A program made the position numbers and the translations under genes. From NCBI GenBank assembly GCA_000708835.1, contig DF237268.1:39197-103196 (forward strand): a DNA stretch of 64,000 bases. Reading direction: 5' to 3'. Within the stretch, counting starts at the first letter, position 1; the number at the start of each line of letters is the position of its first letter. Below are positions 9,720 to 22,857 of the stretch, piece after piece. Origin of the DNA: Klebsormidium nitens. Taxonomy: Eukaryota; Plantae; Klebsormidiophyceae. The notes beneath the pieces were generated by a model, which saw only the letters and a program-made list of their open reading frames with translations, ran no database searches and was not told the origin of the DNA.

Positions 9720-12700
9720 CTACACCTTGTCCCCCGGGTCGAGCTCGTCCTCCGTGGTTACGTGCGCCCCGTTGCGCGTGGGCGACGGCGCGCGCGAGGT
9801 GCGCGGCGTGGAGGCGGCGCTGGCGGGGTTGGAAGCGCGGCGGTACTTGGCCTTGACGGGCACGAGCTGCTGCTCCTTGAGCTCCTCCACGCTGGGGATG
9901 GCGGCGTCCAGCGTGAGGCCCTTGGCGAGCGCGGGGTGCGTGTACGCCGCGTCGCTGATGTCGCGCAGGTCCCACGACGGGTACTTCACGCTGTCGATCA
10001 CGTCTTTCTCGTTCGCGCTCTGCACAGTAAGCCACGGCACGACTGTCGGCCTCTGCTTCGCCGTTTCGAGCATGCTCCTCTGAAGCGGAGCAGTGTAGAT
10101 GCCACCGAATGTGTTCGATTGGGAGCGTATCACGAGCTGCTCTTGCGAGGATGAACGCCAGGGCGACACTCGGTGTGTCGCTCCCTTCAGTGTGCTGTCA
10201 AATTCGCAAGCCACAGCACGTAGTTACACGATCAAATCTTCCGTTTGCGATTCAGTGTTGCGCTTGGCGTCTGCGGGCGTGATAGGAGCGTTACCTCGAG
10301 GGGGTAGCGCGAGAAGTTGGGCTCGAAGCGGTCGCGCAGCCAGACGCTGTAGACGAGCGTGAGCACCGGCAGCGGCACCGCAAAGGGCGCCACCTTGGAG
10401 GCGAGCTTGAGCGAGAGCACGCCCAGCAGCGTGATCTGCGCCACCAGCAGCGCCACGATCACACGATTAGCCACGAATGGCCACAGCCCCGCGCTGCTCT
10501 CGTACTGCCGCTCGTACACGTTGATGATCTGGTTCTTGTACACCACGTACCTGCAACCAGCAGCCAACACCACACAGCACGCCGTCAGGAAAGCGGAGCC
10601 AGTACCGCTGCGGCCAGAGATTTACTCTGCCCCAAGTCAAGGAGCAACAGAAGGCCGAGCACACCTCCCTAACGCAAGTTTGGAGTCGCAAGCTTTACTG
10701 CATCCTCTGGAAATGGTCGCATAAGGACTCTATGATGAGCGATACGGACGCAAGAGTCCATTGATGCCTGCAACTGGTACTCCGTCAGTCCCGTCTTGTC
10801 AACTCGGCGGGGATGCTGGCGGGAGTGGGACGCCAATGCAGCAACTTTGACGACTCTTTCACTGCGATTAGGTGTCCTTGACGAAACAGGCAGCAGGAGA
10901 TGCCGGTGCGCGTGCGCGTGCTGACCCGATGACGAGGAAGAGCAGGAGGAAGGGCAGCAGCAGCGGCGCGATGGGCGCGTACACCAGGCCCAGCAGAATG
11001 TAGAACAGCAGGCTCGGCAGCTGCACGCACCGCACAACGCAACGGCCAGCGTCAGACAACCAGGCAGGCGGCAGCGCCGACCAGAAAGCTCTCCAGAGCC
11101 TTCAGGGGCGGAGGTTGCTTTGGGAGGTCCTAAGAAAGGCACGCCAGGAAAAAGCGGAGAGAATAGGAGACAGGCTTTGCAAGTCTTGCCACGAACTCCC
11201 CATTCCGCAGGTCTCCAGCCAAGCGGACCCGGAGGGACAACCCAAGCTGACGGCCGCAGGCAGCCGATGCCCCGAAGTTCCTGAAGCAGCGGCCGTGCAA
11301 CGGCTCACCAGCTCTTCGTAGTGGAGGCGCTGCAGGTTCATGGCATTTTCGCGGTCTTTGTCCGTGACGACGAAGAGCGCAACCCGCAGGTGGTAGAGCA
11401 GGAGGGGGAAGAGGCGCAGCAGCTCTGCAGGGAAGCCGGCCCAGCCGTCGACCATGATGTACGTGATGAAGAAGCTGGACTTGGTGGGGATGGCGTTGCC
11501 CAGCGTCTCCGGCAGCTTGGTCGGCTGCGACACGAAGCTGCGCAGCTGCTCGAACAGGCTGCCCGTCAGGATGCTCCCGAAGAACACGTTCACCTGCACG
11601 CGCGCGCAGGGCAACCTACTTTTCAGGGCGGAGCAATGGGCGCATCGCAGAAAGAGTCACGTAAAAGGGCGGAGCAATTGGCGCATCGCAGAAAGAGTCA
11701 CGTAAAAGCTTTCTATCATGGCCGGAGCGCTGTCACAAGGCTCCCTAACGTTACGAGAAAGGAATATCAAATGGGCGCATAAGATGCACATTTTCGACTG
11801 GACGACCCCAGCGCTGAGAGTCTGTTGCATCCAGTGTCTGCAGGCAACGGTGATTGGGTGCTCTGCCGAATGAGCGGGTCGACAGCGGAGGGTGCAGGCG
11901 TGGCTCACGAGCTGGAAGTAGTAGACCTTGATGGCGGCCTGCCTGACGATGGTGCTGGTCGAGGGGTGGCCCTCGAAGGTGCTCATAGTGCGCAGCAGTA
12001 GTGGCAGCAGCGCCAAAAACAGCTTCAGCACCAGCCCCGGCAAGAACCCGCTCACGAACCCCGCGATCACCGGCCTGCACAACACGCCCACCCGCCGATG
12101 TGGTCAGGCAGGGCAGCGCGACTAGGGGCGTTAAGAACGGGCAATACGGCCACCTTTCACGCGAAGACTTGTGTGTGTGCGACGGATGGCATCATTCGCA
12201 TCAAGTACGAAAGGGGCGTTACAAGGCAGCCTACTTTGAAGTGGTACCCGGTTAGCACTACCGATCGTGATGTCACCTCGGCAAGCGGCACAGAAGAAGC
12301 GGATTCGTTACTCATAGCGGGACGGCGCTATATTTGGTAGCAGACTGCCAGGAAAGGCACAGCTTGGTCGGTATGATATGAAGCACAAGCAGGAAAAACG
12401 GGAGGTGATCAGCTCACACGTCTACGATCTCCTTGACGGGGGTGCCGATATGGCGCAGGCTGTCTAGGTTGGCGAGCGACTGGACCAGCGAGATGGGGAC
12501 CATGTAGAAAAAGACCTGCCAGCGCACAGCACGGGGAGCACGCTCAGGGCATGCGGTGTCCGATTCGTTGTTCCTTGTGTCAAAGCGGACGCTCTTGTTG
12601 TCACTTCAACGGCGGTGCAAAAGAAGACGTTGCCAGAATGCAATCGACCAATCGGAACGAAAGCGTTAGGGTGTGCAAAGGGGCCTCCCCTACTTCAACA

Positions 12701-15700
12701 ACGATCTGGGAAGTCCCGTTTAGACCTCCCCTTGATGTGGCACGTGGGCATGGCCTACCAGGAAGAAGACGGCGGTCCCCACAGCGAGGCGGCGCAGGCC
12801 TTGGTGCCACTTGGACATGCCCAGGTTGGGCCAGTACACGTCGCGCGGCTCTGGCGCCCACGACGTGATCCACAGCTGCGCCACCCGCAAGCACCCGCAC
12901 ACCGTCAGCGCAAAGGCCGGCTGATGATATGCCGTTGATGTGAAGCAAAAAGGAGTCACTGGGCATGGACTGGCGCACCAATGCTTGACTGTTCAGAAGC
13001 AGTGAGCCGGCTTCAAAAGCCCTTGATGGCCCGAACTCCAACTTTACTAACGCTAGCATCTCGTTACAAAAGTGGTCTTTTTTATCGGCTTACATGTTGC
13101 CATTTTATACATGCTGACATATGTATGTTGCCGTCATTCTGACCTGGGGGTTCTTCGAAACCTGCGTTTGCGCCGCCACGGCTGCCCCCCAGCGGTTGCG
13201 GAACGTGACGAAGGCGGCATTGACAACGCGCTTCTGGCTGCTTTGAATGATGCCGGACTCCGTGGCCGCCTCCTCCCGCAGCTGCGACAGTTCCCTGGAG
13301 GACACAATTGGCCTAAAATCAGGAGACCCAGGACGGCTGGTGATGGGAGGGTGATTGAGACAACTTACTTCTTATGCTTTTCGAGCCCAGATAATCCACC
13401 TTGGGGATTGCTCTTGATCAAGGAGAACGTGAGGGGGGCTTTAGGAAAACTTCGGATGCGGAGGTGGTCAATATTGGAGTTGGAATTCTCCCAGACCAAC
13501 ACTCAAACAGCTATGATCCTTCAATGCAATCGCACTCTAAATTAGCCAGTAGTCCGTCCATTTGCTGGGCACGTTTCGAAGCCGGCGCCTCACTTTTCGT
13601 AGAAGTCGATGGAGTCGACTTTGGGCCCCCGCAGCCCCAGGAAGCCCGTCCGGTGCATGGGTCGCCCCTTGCGCGGCTTGCGCTCCATCTTGATGCGCAG
13701 CGCGTCCACCTTGTTGGCTGCAACCGCACCACACGCCGCAGTTAGCCTTCCAGCATCGTGCCAAGCAGGGGCTGACTTTCGCGGGTTTGCTCTGCACTCT
13801 GATTCGACTACTAAGCCTTGCGGCTCCGCTCCTGTTGCGTGCAAAACGAGAGGAGGTGTTTGCAGTCTCTTCGAATTGATCAACAGCACTCTACCTTGTG
13901 CAGCAACGAGGTTGTAAAAGGAGCTGCTTTTGGGAGTATGCAAGTGGAGCACGGGGCCGCAGCCCACCTGTTTTGTCTCTCTTGTTGACGAGCGCCCAGA
14001 GCGGGTTGGCATTGATGACGACGTTGTGCGCGAAGTAGATGTCCGGGTACTGCACCCGGAAGTAGCGCGCCACGCGCTGGCTCATCGTCTCTGACGACTG
14101 TGCGTCCACCTTCGGGATCTGAAAGCGCCAAGGAATGTGAAGGGGCCTTGTTCAGAGCCCTTGACCTTGAAAGCAGGGATTGAGCCGCCTCGTGTCGCTG
14201 CTGAAGCAACAGAAGCATTGCATACAGCAAGCTCCCCTTTTCAAACTCAACTCGCAATTCTTGAACCCAACCTACCGAGTTGGCCAAGCAAGATCGAGCA
14301 CTATGTGACCATACCAATTGTACACTTCTTCGAGTTGCAACAAGCCCGTGTTTGGGCAGTCCATGCAACACGTGCGCACCTCGGTGGTGAGGACAGTGAA
14401 CTGGTCGGGCTGGGGCTGCAGGTCCGCCATGTAGCCCAGGCGCAGCCGTGTGATGTACTCGTACTCCTGCAGTGGGGGGCGCGCAAGCACAGGTTGAAAC
14501 CAGGGGAGAGGCGCCCACAATCTGCTCGATAGCAAGAATGCAGAACAGAAACCGATCCCAAATCGAGAGGGATGCGCAACCGAGTAGCAGAAGCAAGAAA
14601 TCGCAGGCGGTCAAGCCAGCAGTGTGGAAGCCAGCTTGAAGCGACCGGGGTCAGGCCAGGCAAGGGGCTTACTTTCCAGAGGCAGTAGTACGCCCAAAAG
14701 GCAAACATGTAGGCGGAAAGGAGGTGCGCCCACATCCTGCGGCACAGAAGCAGAGCTTTGGTTGAGAAATCGGACTTTGATTGCTGTCGTCGCAGAAGGA
14801 ATCAGAGGTCAAGGAAGTAGCACGAAAACAACAACGAGACCTCTCTTTTGAGACCTCTCTTTCGTGAAGAACATGCCCCAGGCCCTCACCGGCTCACCTA
14901 TCGGACCTGTCCTGCACGTTGGACAGGCTCAGCTGATCCACTGCGCTAAAGCTGGACTTGGGGTTGACCGCATGCTGCTGCCTGTGTAAACGGTGAGCAC
15001 CCGATTCATCGCACCATTTGTGCAAAGCAATTTGTGCTGCAGTAGAGCAGGAATTTCACAACGGGGGCTGGCACGAGGAGTGGGGGGCAGGGGCAAGGAG
15101 ACACAAAGCAGAAGGGTAAGTGGGGCAAGTATGCGCCAAGCATGTCACAGCAGCATGCCGTAAGAGAGCCAGCCTGGTCTCACTGGACGTTGTTATCCGT
15201 CTTGTTGATGGGGATGAGTACGATAGCACCCCACAGAGCCATGGGGAACAGCATCTTCATGCTGGCCACACAAACAGCAAGAGACGCAGGGTCAGGCTTC
15301 GAGTCCTGTATATCTTTTTTCAACTGTACAGTTTTATCAAGTGGAGGTCGCCCTCAGCTGATGCAACTCGTTCTAAGTGGCGGCCCTAGATTGCGATGAG
15401 CCGACTGACTTTGTGTACCCTCATGTACTCTCTGGTCTGACTAAGTGCGATGGGAGGAATGCTTACTGAAAGTGGGCTGGTTTTGAAATATGATATGCAG
15501 AGTCAAGAGGGGTGCAACAAACAAGGACACCAGACTGTGCCATCAATGGTCCAATGCACTACTTTTTCCACAATCATACATGTATAATCACCTGAAAAAG
15601 AAGACGCGCAGCACCACCACCTGGGCAACAAGAACAAACTAAAAGTCAGTTGAGGCTGCCAAGATCATGGAAGCAGCAAAATCATTTGACGGCAGGCAAT

Positions 15701-16183
15701 CTTTTGATCAACAATGCCTGACAAGAAGCATGAGTCCCAGAGTGCCCCTCACCGCGTCGAGGCCGGCTGTAGCAATGAGCTCCTCCTCGGGCATCTTGAG
15801 TGCCCCGTGCAGCCAGTCCAGCAGCCGCAGGTTCAGCATGAAGCGCTCCAGGCCCGTCTTGCCCGTCTCCTTGAACTTGCTGGGGTCGCGCTGCACGCAA
15901 GGGAGACACCACTCTCACAATGCAGACAGGAGAAGCATCCCTGCACAAAATGGACCGCCAGTCCGATGCCCACCTGGGGGCACCCTGCAATATTTGCAGA
16001 GCTGACAGCATTCCGTGTAGCAGCTAGTGTGAAGCATACTGCCCTCACCTGGAGGAGTGCGGGGAAGTAGACGCGCGTGTTGATGGGCATCTTGATGGCC
16101 ACGCTGTAGGCCGCAATGAAGATGGTGGCCAGCCCCAGGTTGATGCCCGCAGCCACGCCCAGGTTCTCCAGGTCGCTGCCCAT
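9720..16183 (-). CDS. OSCA/CSC1/ERD4 (TMEM63-family) osmosensitive Ca2+-permeable channel; spliced
   Basis: ATG 16183 (MGSDLENLGVAAGINLGLA..NTRVYFP), then MPEEELIATAGLDA, WAHLLSAYMFAFW, QPDQFTVL, VARYFRVQYPDIYFAH, GLRGPKVDSIDFY, AAFVTFRNRWGAAVAAQT, WAPEPRDVYWPNL, FFYMVPISLVQSL, ITGFVSGFLPGLVLKLFL, NAIPTKSSFFITYIMVDGW, YVVYKNQIINVYERQYESSAGLWPFV and AYTHPAL. Stop at 9720-9722. Confidence 0.95.
11625..11706. repeat. Intronic tandem duplication, 2 x 41 bp (one mismatch)
   Basis: agggcggagcaat(g/t)ggcgcatcgcagaaagagtcacgtaaa at 11625-11665 and 11666-11706, just upstream of an OSCA 3' splice site. Confidence 0.95.
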
Positions 16184-17142
16184 GGTGCACGCCAAGCACA
16201 GCAAACGGGCAACGAAAATGGTGTGGCAGACTCTACTTTTCAGTCTACAAGGTTCTACAAGTCGCTGAGCTTACAAGCTACAGAAGCATCGCATCCCTCA
16301 AACTCAATTTTTGCAGCAACAAGCAACCCCACAGCTGATGCGCCACAGATATGTGTTAATGCCAAGACGGTCTGCTTGTACATCAATCACTCTCAACTAC
16401 CTATAAAACTTCCACGCTTTCCCCTGAGGACCTCTACTCCTAAAGGTTCAGACTATCTACACAGGGTACCAGACAAAACCGATTGGAATGCAGCCTCCGC
16501 CTGCCAAGCCATCCCAACGCCATAATGCCATCAGCCGCCAAGGCTGCACACGGGTGTTGGAACAATGTCTTTTACCTTATACTGTATACTGGCATGGGGC
16601 ATTGCAATGAGGTTCCAAAGCCTAGGGCAAAGGCGCTCCCCCTAGCTGTAGCCGCTCGATCATGCAGCAGTTACAGTAGGTAGCTGGCAAACCCCCCATG
16701 ATGATGTACCCCCATGTACCCCCATGATGATGTATGTGACAGATTGGTGCCAGTTGTCGTTGCCTGGGAGTCGGCATCGGAGGAAAATTCAGATTCTCAG
16801 AATCCAAAATGGTCTACACGTGGAGCTTGGGATCCTTTTCATCCACACATTTTGACCTTGAAATCCGGAATGGTTGACATGTCAGCACCGGGGCACACGC
16901 AAATTCGGCGCGCCCCCTGCCTAACAGTACAGGCCTCTGCCAATGCCATACTTGAACCGGCCGGTGGCTGCTTGCATCAGATTCAAATTGGCTTGCAAGA
17001 GAGGAGACGGCCCGGAGTCCGGACTCTAGTCCTAGACACACTGACAGCTAGGACTCGTCGGAGGACAGGACATTGGCAGGAGATACTGTGTTTCTCCGCA
17101 AGCTGCTAGTGCTGGGTCCCCTCGCTGCACAAGGACTCCACA

Positions 17143-20100
17143 ATGGCCTTGACAGCTTGCTGCCGTGTGGGAAGCATTTTCAAGCTGCCACTGGATATTG
17201 CCGCCAAGCAGTCGTGTTCGCAAAGACACTTCAAGACTTGCTCCGGTCCTATAAGCAGCCTAAGATTAGGCAGCATTGCATACCACCAAGGCCCCGCGGC
17301 ACAGTTCTTGCTGAGGCAAGTGCAGACTCCCGCGCACCATGTTGGTCACCATAATGTAGACAGTACTGGGCACACGACAAGAGCGGCAGAGCCCGCAGTC
17401 GCGAATGGAAAGCCAGCTCACACAAAGTCCTTTCAAAATGTCAAAACGGAAGAAGGTGAGGCGGTTCTTTGTTGTGCAGATCAGCACCTTGGCTGAAGGA
17501 ACTCTGCCGATATTGGCCTTGGAGATGTCTAGTCCCTTGACAAGCAGGAACGTTGCTATGCCGACGACAACATCGCACATTGTGAAGGTTCAAGAAAGTC
17601 GCAATATGTCGTAGCTACGTAAGCAGTGAGAGCTCCTGTGAGCATCCGGCGATGGAAGACACTTCGAATGTCGATCACTGACTTTGTAGAGATTGATCTG
17701 CCGTCCTGGTCAAAGCGTTGTTTTCCTTCCAGAGTTGTTGGCTGGCATCCAAGCCGAGATTGCTGCCAAGCGGTTGCCCTCGCGGGCGGGCCCAGGAATG
17801 CAGCTGTTCTACAACAATTACAAGAAAGCGGTGAGGGGCAGGCTTGAGTGGGGTGGAGTCGAAGCACAGCCCACATTGCACAAGACGCGTCCCCCTTGAC
17901 AACATACACCCTTAGCCAGTGCAACAGGGACCATCTTGCAATGTGGTGCTTTTCGAGGGCTTGGGGTGGCCGTCGCCACCCCTTGGCAGCGAACATGCGA
18001 GCTCCGCTGTTCTGACACACCTGTCCTGCGTGCGCAGATGCTTAGCAGCGGGCGGCCGGATGCAGAAGAGACTGCAGTGCGTGTTATGTCTATGGTGTTT
18101 GACCGGATCATGGTCCAGTTCGAGGTGAGCCACAGTTCAACGGGGGCTTCGCACCTCAGCTGACTCGTTACAGCCGGGGATACCTTGCAACAGTGTAATT
18201 CCGCTCGAAGGCGGTCCTTGAACATGAATGTTCTTGTAGGACGCTGGCAGCATGCTGAAGCGCAGTACATCAGTGAACCTGGTCGGAAGCTTCTTCCAAT
18301 CCTGCGCAAATACCATTGCTGCAGGACCCATTCACATTCAATTCGCACCACCTTGCCATCAGAGAACCGTACGATTACTACCGCTTTGGCCAGGAGTATG
18401 TGGGGCCTCTCCTCAACTTCAGGTGGGTGGGTGTCACTGACCTAACATTCAGATCACTCAGATCCTCCAGCATCTCGGCATCTCCGCTGATGCTTCCGCC
18501 ACCCAATCTCGGTTTGTGTGAGGCAGAAACCATGTGAACTGAGATGAAGGAGACGGCACGTACTCTTGACACATGTTCGGAGCTTTCAGTGACTCACGAA
18601 CTCTTGACAAGCACCGTCTCCCTCAGCGCGACTGCACTGTTCTCCCCAGTCAAGTGTGTCAAAAGGAGTGGTACTTGCTGGGGGCCTTTGCTATTGTAAA
18701 TTCGCCCAACTTGCAACTCTGTTGTGCAGTGAGTCGTACTTGGGCAACCTGCACCTGTTTGATGCGATGGAGGAACAGCTACGAGCGGGCCACAACGTGG
18801 TGCTGCTGTCCAACCACCAGACGGAGGCAGACCCCGCCGTCATCGCACTGCTGCTGGAGCACTCCCACCCCTTCCTGGCTGAGAACCTGGTGAGGCGACC
18901 CCGTCCGGTGGCACCACTTGGCTAGAACTCCGACACCATGCACCTGGCATGGGGTTTCCGAAGATCATATTCTAGCCGAGGGGCCCTCGTCTGTGCACGA
19001 ACTAGGAAGTCGACCGGCGCTTGTTTAAAGCTAACTGTGCTGCGACGTTCGAAGTCGCTTTCAGAGCGGCAGCCTGCTCTTGCGTGTGCGCTTTCCAAGC
19101 CCTTGGACCTTCCTGGTGGGGCATATGACAAGTTTTCCAATCGGGTTTCATTTAGCAGGGACCCTTGTTCCACGTGCGGCTCCATTCTTCGACCGCGCGT
19201 GCTGTATTTGTTGCCTTAACTTGGGTCGAATGACAGCGCTCCTCAACGACGAATCAAGCACACCCGGAGCCACCTTTTGCAGACGTACGTTGCTGGTGAC
19301 CGCGTGGTACACGACCCTTTCGCCAAGCCCTTCAGCATGGGCAGGTACGACTCCTGCGCCACTCTACGAGCCAATTGTCAGCGCTCGACTCCAAGTTTCG
19401 GCAGGCTAGGATACATTGAACGGGGCACCCACTCTTCCAATCGGCATACGCTTTTGTTAAGTCGTCTTACCGTACTTGTCACATCAGCCACGAGGACTCC
19501 TTTCGATTGCACGAAGTCTCCAATATCGTTGAGTATTTCCCGCTAGGCTGCATTGAGTGGGATGCGTGCTCTGATGCGTCGCGTGGTGTCGGCAGGAACC
19601 TGCTGTGCGTGTACTCCAAGAAGCACATCAACGACGTCCCCGAGCTGGCCGCCGAGAAGACCAAGGCCAACCGGCGCACCCTCGTTGAGATGGCCCGCCT
19701 CTTCAAGTGAGCGCCCGGCCGGCCTCGTCGCACTCGTCTCTGCGTTCGTTCTGACAGCAGATTGCTGCCTCGAAGAGCATCGACATAGTGACACTGGAAG
19801 GTTCGTGCAGAAAGAAGGGACGAAGCATGCGATGAAGCTTAAAGTGTGCCTGTTGCTTGCAGGGCGGGGGGACAATTCATTTGGATCGCTCCCAGTGGGG
19901 GCCGGGATCGACCAGACCCCGCCACAGGACAGTGGGTGCCGGTAAGCGCAGCGGACCTTACATTGGGGGGAAGTTTGCCGGTATACAGGCGACCCGGCAC
20001 GATCTGCACATCATGTCTGAGAATCTTCCACGGAAATATTTAGCTGAGCTATTTCGGCCAAAATGGAATAGGTGCCTTAAGTTCTTTTTGAGTCCTTTGA

Positions 20101-21019
20101 TTCAGCACGTGGATTGAATGTATGTATGTGCAGGCCGCGTTTGACGACTCTTCGGTAGAGTTGATGCGGCGATTGTCCGACGACAGCCCCGTGCCCGGGC
20201 ACCTGTACCCGCTCGCCGTCCTGTGCCACGACATCATGCCGCCACCGCCCACGGTACGCGCCAGCCGCAACAAGGTCTTGTTGTACAAGGCATCAACGAG
20301 AACTGTGGACACTGGCGCATCAAGCTCGTCGTCATTGGGTGACTTTTCATTGCGTACCCGTGGTGACTCTGCAATGATCCATGCTCTGGATGTGCACGAT
20401 GGGGACGTCCTGCATTCTCGCGGCTGATGCGACCGTCGTGTGCGTGCTCGCGTGCAGCTGGACAAGGCGCTGGGCGAGCAGCGGATCACCAACTACCATG
20501 GGGTGGGCATGTCCGTGGGGCCGCAACTGCATTTCGAGGAGGTCTGTCAAGGGATCGAGGATAGAAAACAGGTGAGCCCTCAATCTTTTCCCTCTTGACT
20601 TTGAGGCCGTTACGTAACCCCGAGTGTGGCTCAAGATGTGGGCTCGGGACGTCTCGATCTCAGCATTTTCCTTCCAAGGGCATCTTTTTTCCCCACCAGA
20701 ACCCGGCCGTATTCTCCTCAGGAGCCAGCCTTGTGGAAGTGAGAAAACAAGCGGCACGCCACGGCAGGCAGCCAGTCGTGCAGGCGTGTGCCAGCTGGCC
20801 TAGCTGCGTGGGGGCCGTGGGGCAGCTGGCCTGATGCCGCACTCGTGCTGGATGCAGGCCCGTGCCGTCTACTCTGCCGCAGCGTTTGCCGCAGTGGAGG
20901 AGCAGTACAAGGTCCTCGAGGCGGCCGTGCACGGCAGCAAGGGCACCGCCTCGTCCACCGCGGCAGTGCGGCTGGAGCAACCCTGGAAAGTGGAAAAGGA
21001 CGCGGCCCTGGTCTCATGA
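17143..21019 (+). CDS. ATS1: Plastid glycerol-3-phosphate 1-O-acyltransferase (GPAT/ATS1); spliced
   Basis: Transit-peptide-like first exon ending [10 protein letters not shown], then [73 protein letters not shown] (HX4D), [58 protein letters not shown] and LEQPW. Stop TGA 21017-21019. Confidence 0.95.
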
Positions 21020-22857
21020 CGATTTCGGGCCACATGTAGGCGCAGGTGGCAGGCTGACGTAGTGACGCGCGCACAACCAGGTTTCACGTAGCATCAGGGT
21101 CAAGCGCTTGGCCACGGTACGAAAGCACAGACTGACGACACGTCACCCCTGCAATCTTGCAAGAAGCTTCGGAACTCTGGTCGAAGCTGCTTGAGGCTGA
21201 TGCCTCAAGACAATCCTTTGGTTACCTTCGGAAAGCAGTCGGGCTGGGCTGGGTCGGGGCCGCCCTTGCCTGGCACGTTATATGCACTATTGAGATATGC
21301 ACAATTCGTGACGCATCACTGATAGGTCGAAACGATCGAGGATCAGATCTGGACAATCCGCTTGTTAATGCGCAGGTGGTAAGCCTGAAGTGAGTCTAAT
21401 CAACCAAAAGTGATCATTGAATTTTGAGAGTTGCCAGTCATTCAGATCTGGTTTGAAACCATTCTTTGGTACTGTGGGTCAGTGCAAGGTGAGCTAGCTA
21501 AAGACTTCCGCTAAAATGCCATCACGTGAGTCAGTGCATGGCAAAAAAGTTCCCCCTGCTCTCAGTCCAACCGTCAACGATTCAATTCGGCATGTATCAT
21601 GTGTGGCCACACCGGACCTAGTTCAAGACCTACATTGCAACTCAGTGACAAACTTTTGTATTATATCTCGCTAAGCGGCTGTCAACTGCTCACAGTGCCG
21701 GGCCAGGCCATTTTAAAGCATCATATATGGCCTGCGGATCGTCTTGACGCATCATTGGCCGCGTGCAATGTCGTTGTATGGCAGACGCAATGTACACTGA
21801 CCATTGTAGTACGTGATGGTCACTAGCCGGATGGACGTGCCTCAGTGATCATAGATGTACACAGAGCTGCCCCGTCCCCGGGCCCATGCATGCGCCCTCG
21901 TTGCCCATGCCTGGCCGGATGATCCATATGTGGAAACGGAAATATGCAGAGCTAGGCCCGCGTGCCAGCAGGTGACCCATAGGTAGCGGCCAGAATTGGG
22001 TTGAAGTATACTAACGCGTTGGCGCTGGCCGCCGGCTCGACATAATCAAAAGTGAGTAGCTCAATTCATGATGCGCAACGTACCATGCATGGAAAGAGCG
22101 TACATTGTTATTGAATTACATACCCGGCGGGCGCGGCCAGCGCGCGCGCCGCGGTCGACGGCATGTGAACCGTATGCATGCGGCATGCCATGAGCCTGCC
22201 GCATGTGCTCATGATAATCCGACAGCTATATAGAATTGAGACTGTATGGCAATTCAATTGACTACATTTATTCCGCCGGTACCTCCTGCCCACTAGACAG
22301 CCTGAATTTCGTCAAGGTTTAAAAACTCCATGTATACGCAAAAGCAAGCTCTAAACAGTCTACAATTTAGACCGTCCTGACCGGGTATATAGGATGCAAA
22401 ACAACATATTCCAAGCATGTGAGATCGACCTGCATTTGATTATGCATGAAATGGCGCACCCACGTTGGGCAGCAAGGTCGGAACCGGTGATTGAACAGCT
22501 TTCAAGTTCCATCATGACCTTGTCAAGTAGTTTCTTTGATTCAGCAATGACTGTATCTGCCTCGAACAACATAGACTGGTAACTAGCAAAGAAAGCAACA
22601 TGTTTGCTTGTGCCCGAGTTAATCTGGTTCAACTATGTCCACCTTGCTTCGTTGGTACTATACCAGTCCTACACTATGATTGTGATCAGGTACAACGGTC
22701 GGTTAACTGGTCGCATGCCCGCATGCACAACTTAAGAGAGCAATCTCTAAGCATGGAACTGATGTCATTTGAGCAATCTCTCTTGCTATTCAGTGACCAC
22801 TCCTTGATGTGTTCCAGAATCTGCGTAAACTTATCCCGATTGTCTGTACTAATGGGC

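Noticed and set aside
14836-14862. 14-bp intronic tandem duplication (also an 18-bp one at 2018-2053)
   Set aside because: Ordinary slippage duplications with no visible functional context.
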